From: a virus
Taxonomy: Duplodnaviria > Caudoviricetes
Direction: 5' to 3' (one strand)
Virus record (IMG/VR): IMGVR_UViG_3300016469_000261
Span: 1-37,000 of that record
DNA length: 37,000 nucleotides
In this document: in pieces, positions 36,040 to 37,000 of the stretch
Layout of the letters: each line of letters starts with the position of its first letter
Position numbering within the stretch: position 1 is the stretch's first letter
The notes under the pieces: generated by a model
Told to the model about the DNA's origin: nothing
Databases searched by the model: none
What the model saw: the letters and a program-made list of their open reading frames with translations, nothing else
Program-made: the position numbers and the translations under genes

Positions 36040-37000
36040 TGCCTCTAACTCCACAGGAAGAAGAAGAGTTGCGTCAATTAAATCTTGAGCTTGGCTATCT
36101 TGGTGACCAGATCAAAATTGAGGACAAAAAAATACAACCAACAGGAAAGCCAGCGAGTATTGACGTGACACCTGCTGGCTCTGCTCTATCTGGAGCTGCT
36201 CAAATGGCTTCTGCTGGTTGGGCTGACGAGGCCGCTGCTGGTCTTGGTGCGATTGGTGATGTCACATCAGCAACACTTGGTCAACGTGGTGATATTTCTC
36301 TCCAAGATGCCTACAAAACAAGACTTGGTAGGATAAGAGAATATGACAAGATTGCAGCAGAGCAAAACCCTGCGTCATATTTTACCGGAGGCGTTGCTGG
36401 TGGCGTGCTTGCAGGCGCTGCTTTGTCTCCGATGAATCCGGCGACGTATAAAGGAGCTGCTATTTTAGGTGGCGTATCAGGTATTGGTATGTCTGAAAAG
36501 GATATAAGCGACATTCCTGGAGTTTCTACCGACGTTGCTCTCGGTATTGCTGGCGGAGCTGCTGGTAAATATGCTGGCGATAAGTTAGGGAATCTTTACA
36601 AATCGCTAAGGCAAAAAAGCAAAGACAAGGCTATGGACGCTCTTTTTGCTCAAAACCAAGCAGGTATAAATAAGCTAAAGCTGAAAAAAGACGGATACAA
36701 CAAGGTGGCAGAGGCGATCACTTCCAGTGAGTACGGTAGGCCGATTGTCTCTGGATTACGCAAAGGATCAGATTTTTTTGAGCCTACAAAACAACAATTT
36801 GATGATGTATCGGCAAATATATCTAAAGCGATATCCGATGTTGACGAATTAAACCTAGCGTCAGTTGATGGCAAGTCTGTAGCTAGGAAAATAATGGGAT
36901 TGCGTATCAATCAGATAGACGATCCAAACCTAAAGGGTATTCAAAATTTACTTGCTGAGTCTGCTGAAGCCTTTAACAAAAAGGGTTTTATAACTCTTGG
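36039..37000 (+). CDS. 5' part of the junction-spanning ejection-like protein (continues at 252..858)
   Basis: ATG overlaps the upstream TAA; MPLTPQEEEELRQL...G.A..A..GWADEA..G...EQNP....G.VAGG; open to the window end. Confidence 0.75.
   Translation, partial: MPLTPQEEEELRQLNLELGYLGDQIKIEDKKIQPTGKPASIDVTPAGSALSGAAQMASAGWADEAAAGLGAIGDVTSATLGQRGDISLQDAYKTRLGRIREYDKIAAEQNPASYFTGGVAGGVLAGAALSPMNPATYKGAAILGGVSGIGMSEKDISDIPGVSTDVALGIAGGAAGKYAGDKLGNLYKSLRQKSKDKAMDALFAQNQAGINKLKLKKDGYNKVAEAITSSEYGRPIVSGLRKGSDFFEPTKQQFDDVSANISKAISDVDELNLASVDGKSVARKIMGLRINQIDDPNLKGIQNLLAESAEAFNKKGFITL
36750..37000. repeat. Terminal direct repeat, copy 2; implies a 36,749-bp circular unit
   Basis: Exact match to 1-251; lies inside a reading frame that stays open across the junction. 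Confidence 0.97.

Noticed and set aside
36750-37000. 251-bp repeat as a biological fixed terminal repeat or att site
   Set aside because: It lies mid-gene, runs to the window edge and is exactly identical; most simply an assembly overlap
1-37000. Stop-codon reassignment
   Set aside because: Standard code gives dense, full-length genes, and TAA, TAG and TGA all terminate genes

Overview
The window holds what appears to be one complete, circularly assembled dsDNA tailed-phage genome with podovirus-like organisation. The unit length is 36,749 bp, because bases 1-251 recur exactly at 36750-37000. Almost all genes are on the + strand. Gene order: last ejection-like gene spanning the junction; small virion-like genes; lysis cassette (holin-like ORFs plus an M15 peptidase); a divergent control region containing a structured non-coding element; rusA (- strand); Gp157-like gene; ERF annealase; about 20 translationally coupled small early genes; terS; a 5.4-kb cassette of decoration/adhesin-like genes; terL with a LAGLIDADG intein; scaffold, capsid and tail fibre; a lipoprotein; adaptor, nozzle and portal; four ejection-like proteins. 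I recognised no DNA polymerase, helicase, primase, initiator, SSB, integrase or CI-type repressor. Main leads: (1) a branched element with three C(GNA)G mini-hairpins, all on the bottom strand, plus an ERF ending in an SSB-type DDIPF tail, which together may form a host-primosome-recruiting replication system; (2) an apparently nested 'Russian-doll' 997-aa adhesin between terS and terL; (3) a displaced portal gene; (4) an intein with Asn at the first LAGLIDADG acidic position; (5) an enzyme-sized lipoprotein coupled to the tail fibre. All product calls come from reading motifs by eye; no database search was run.
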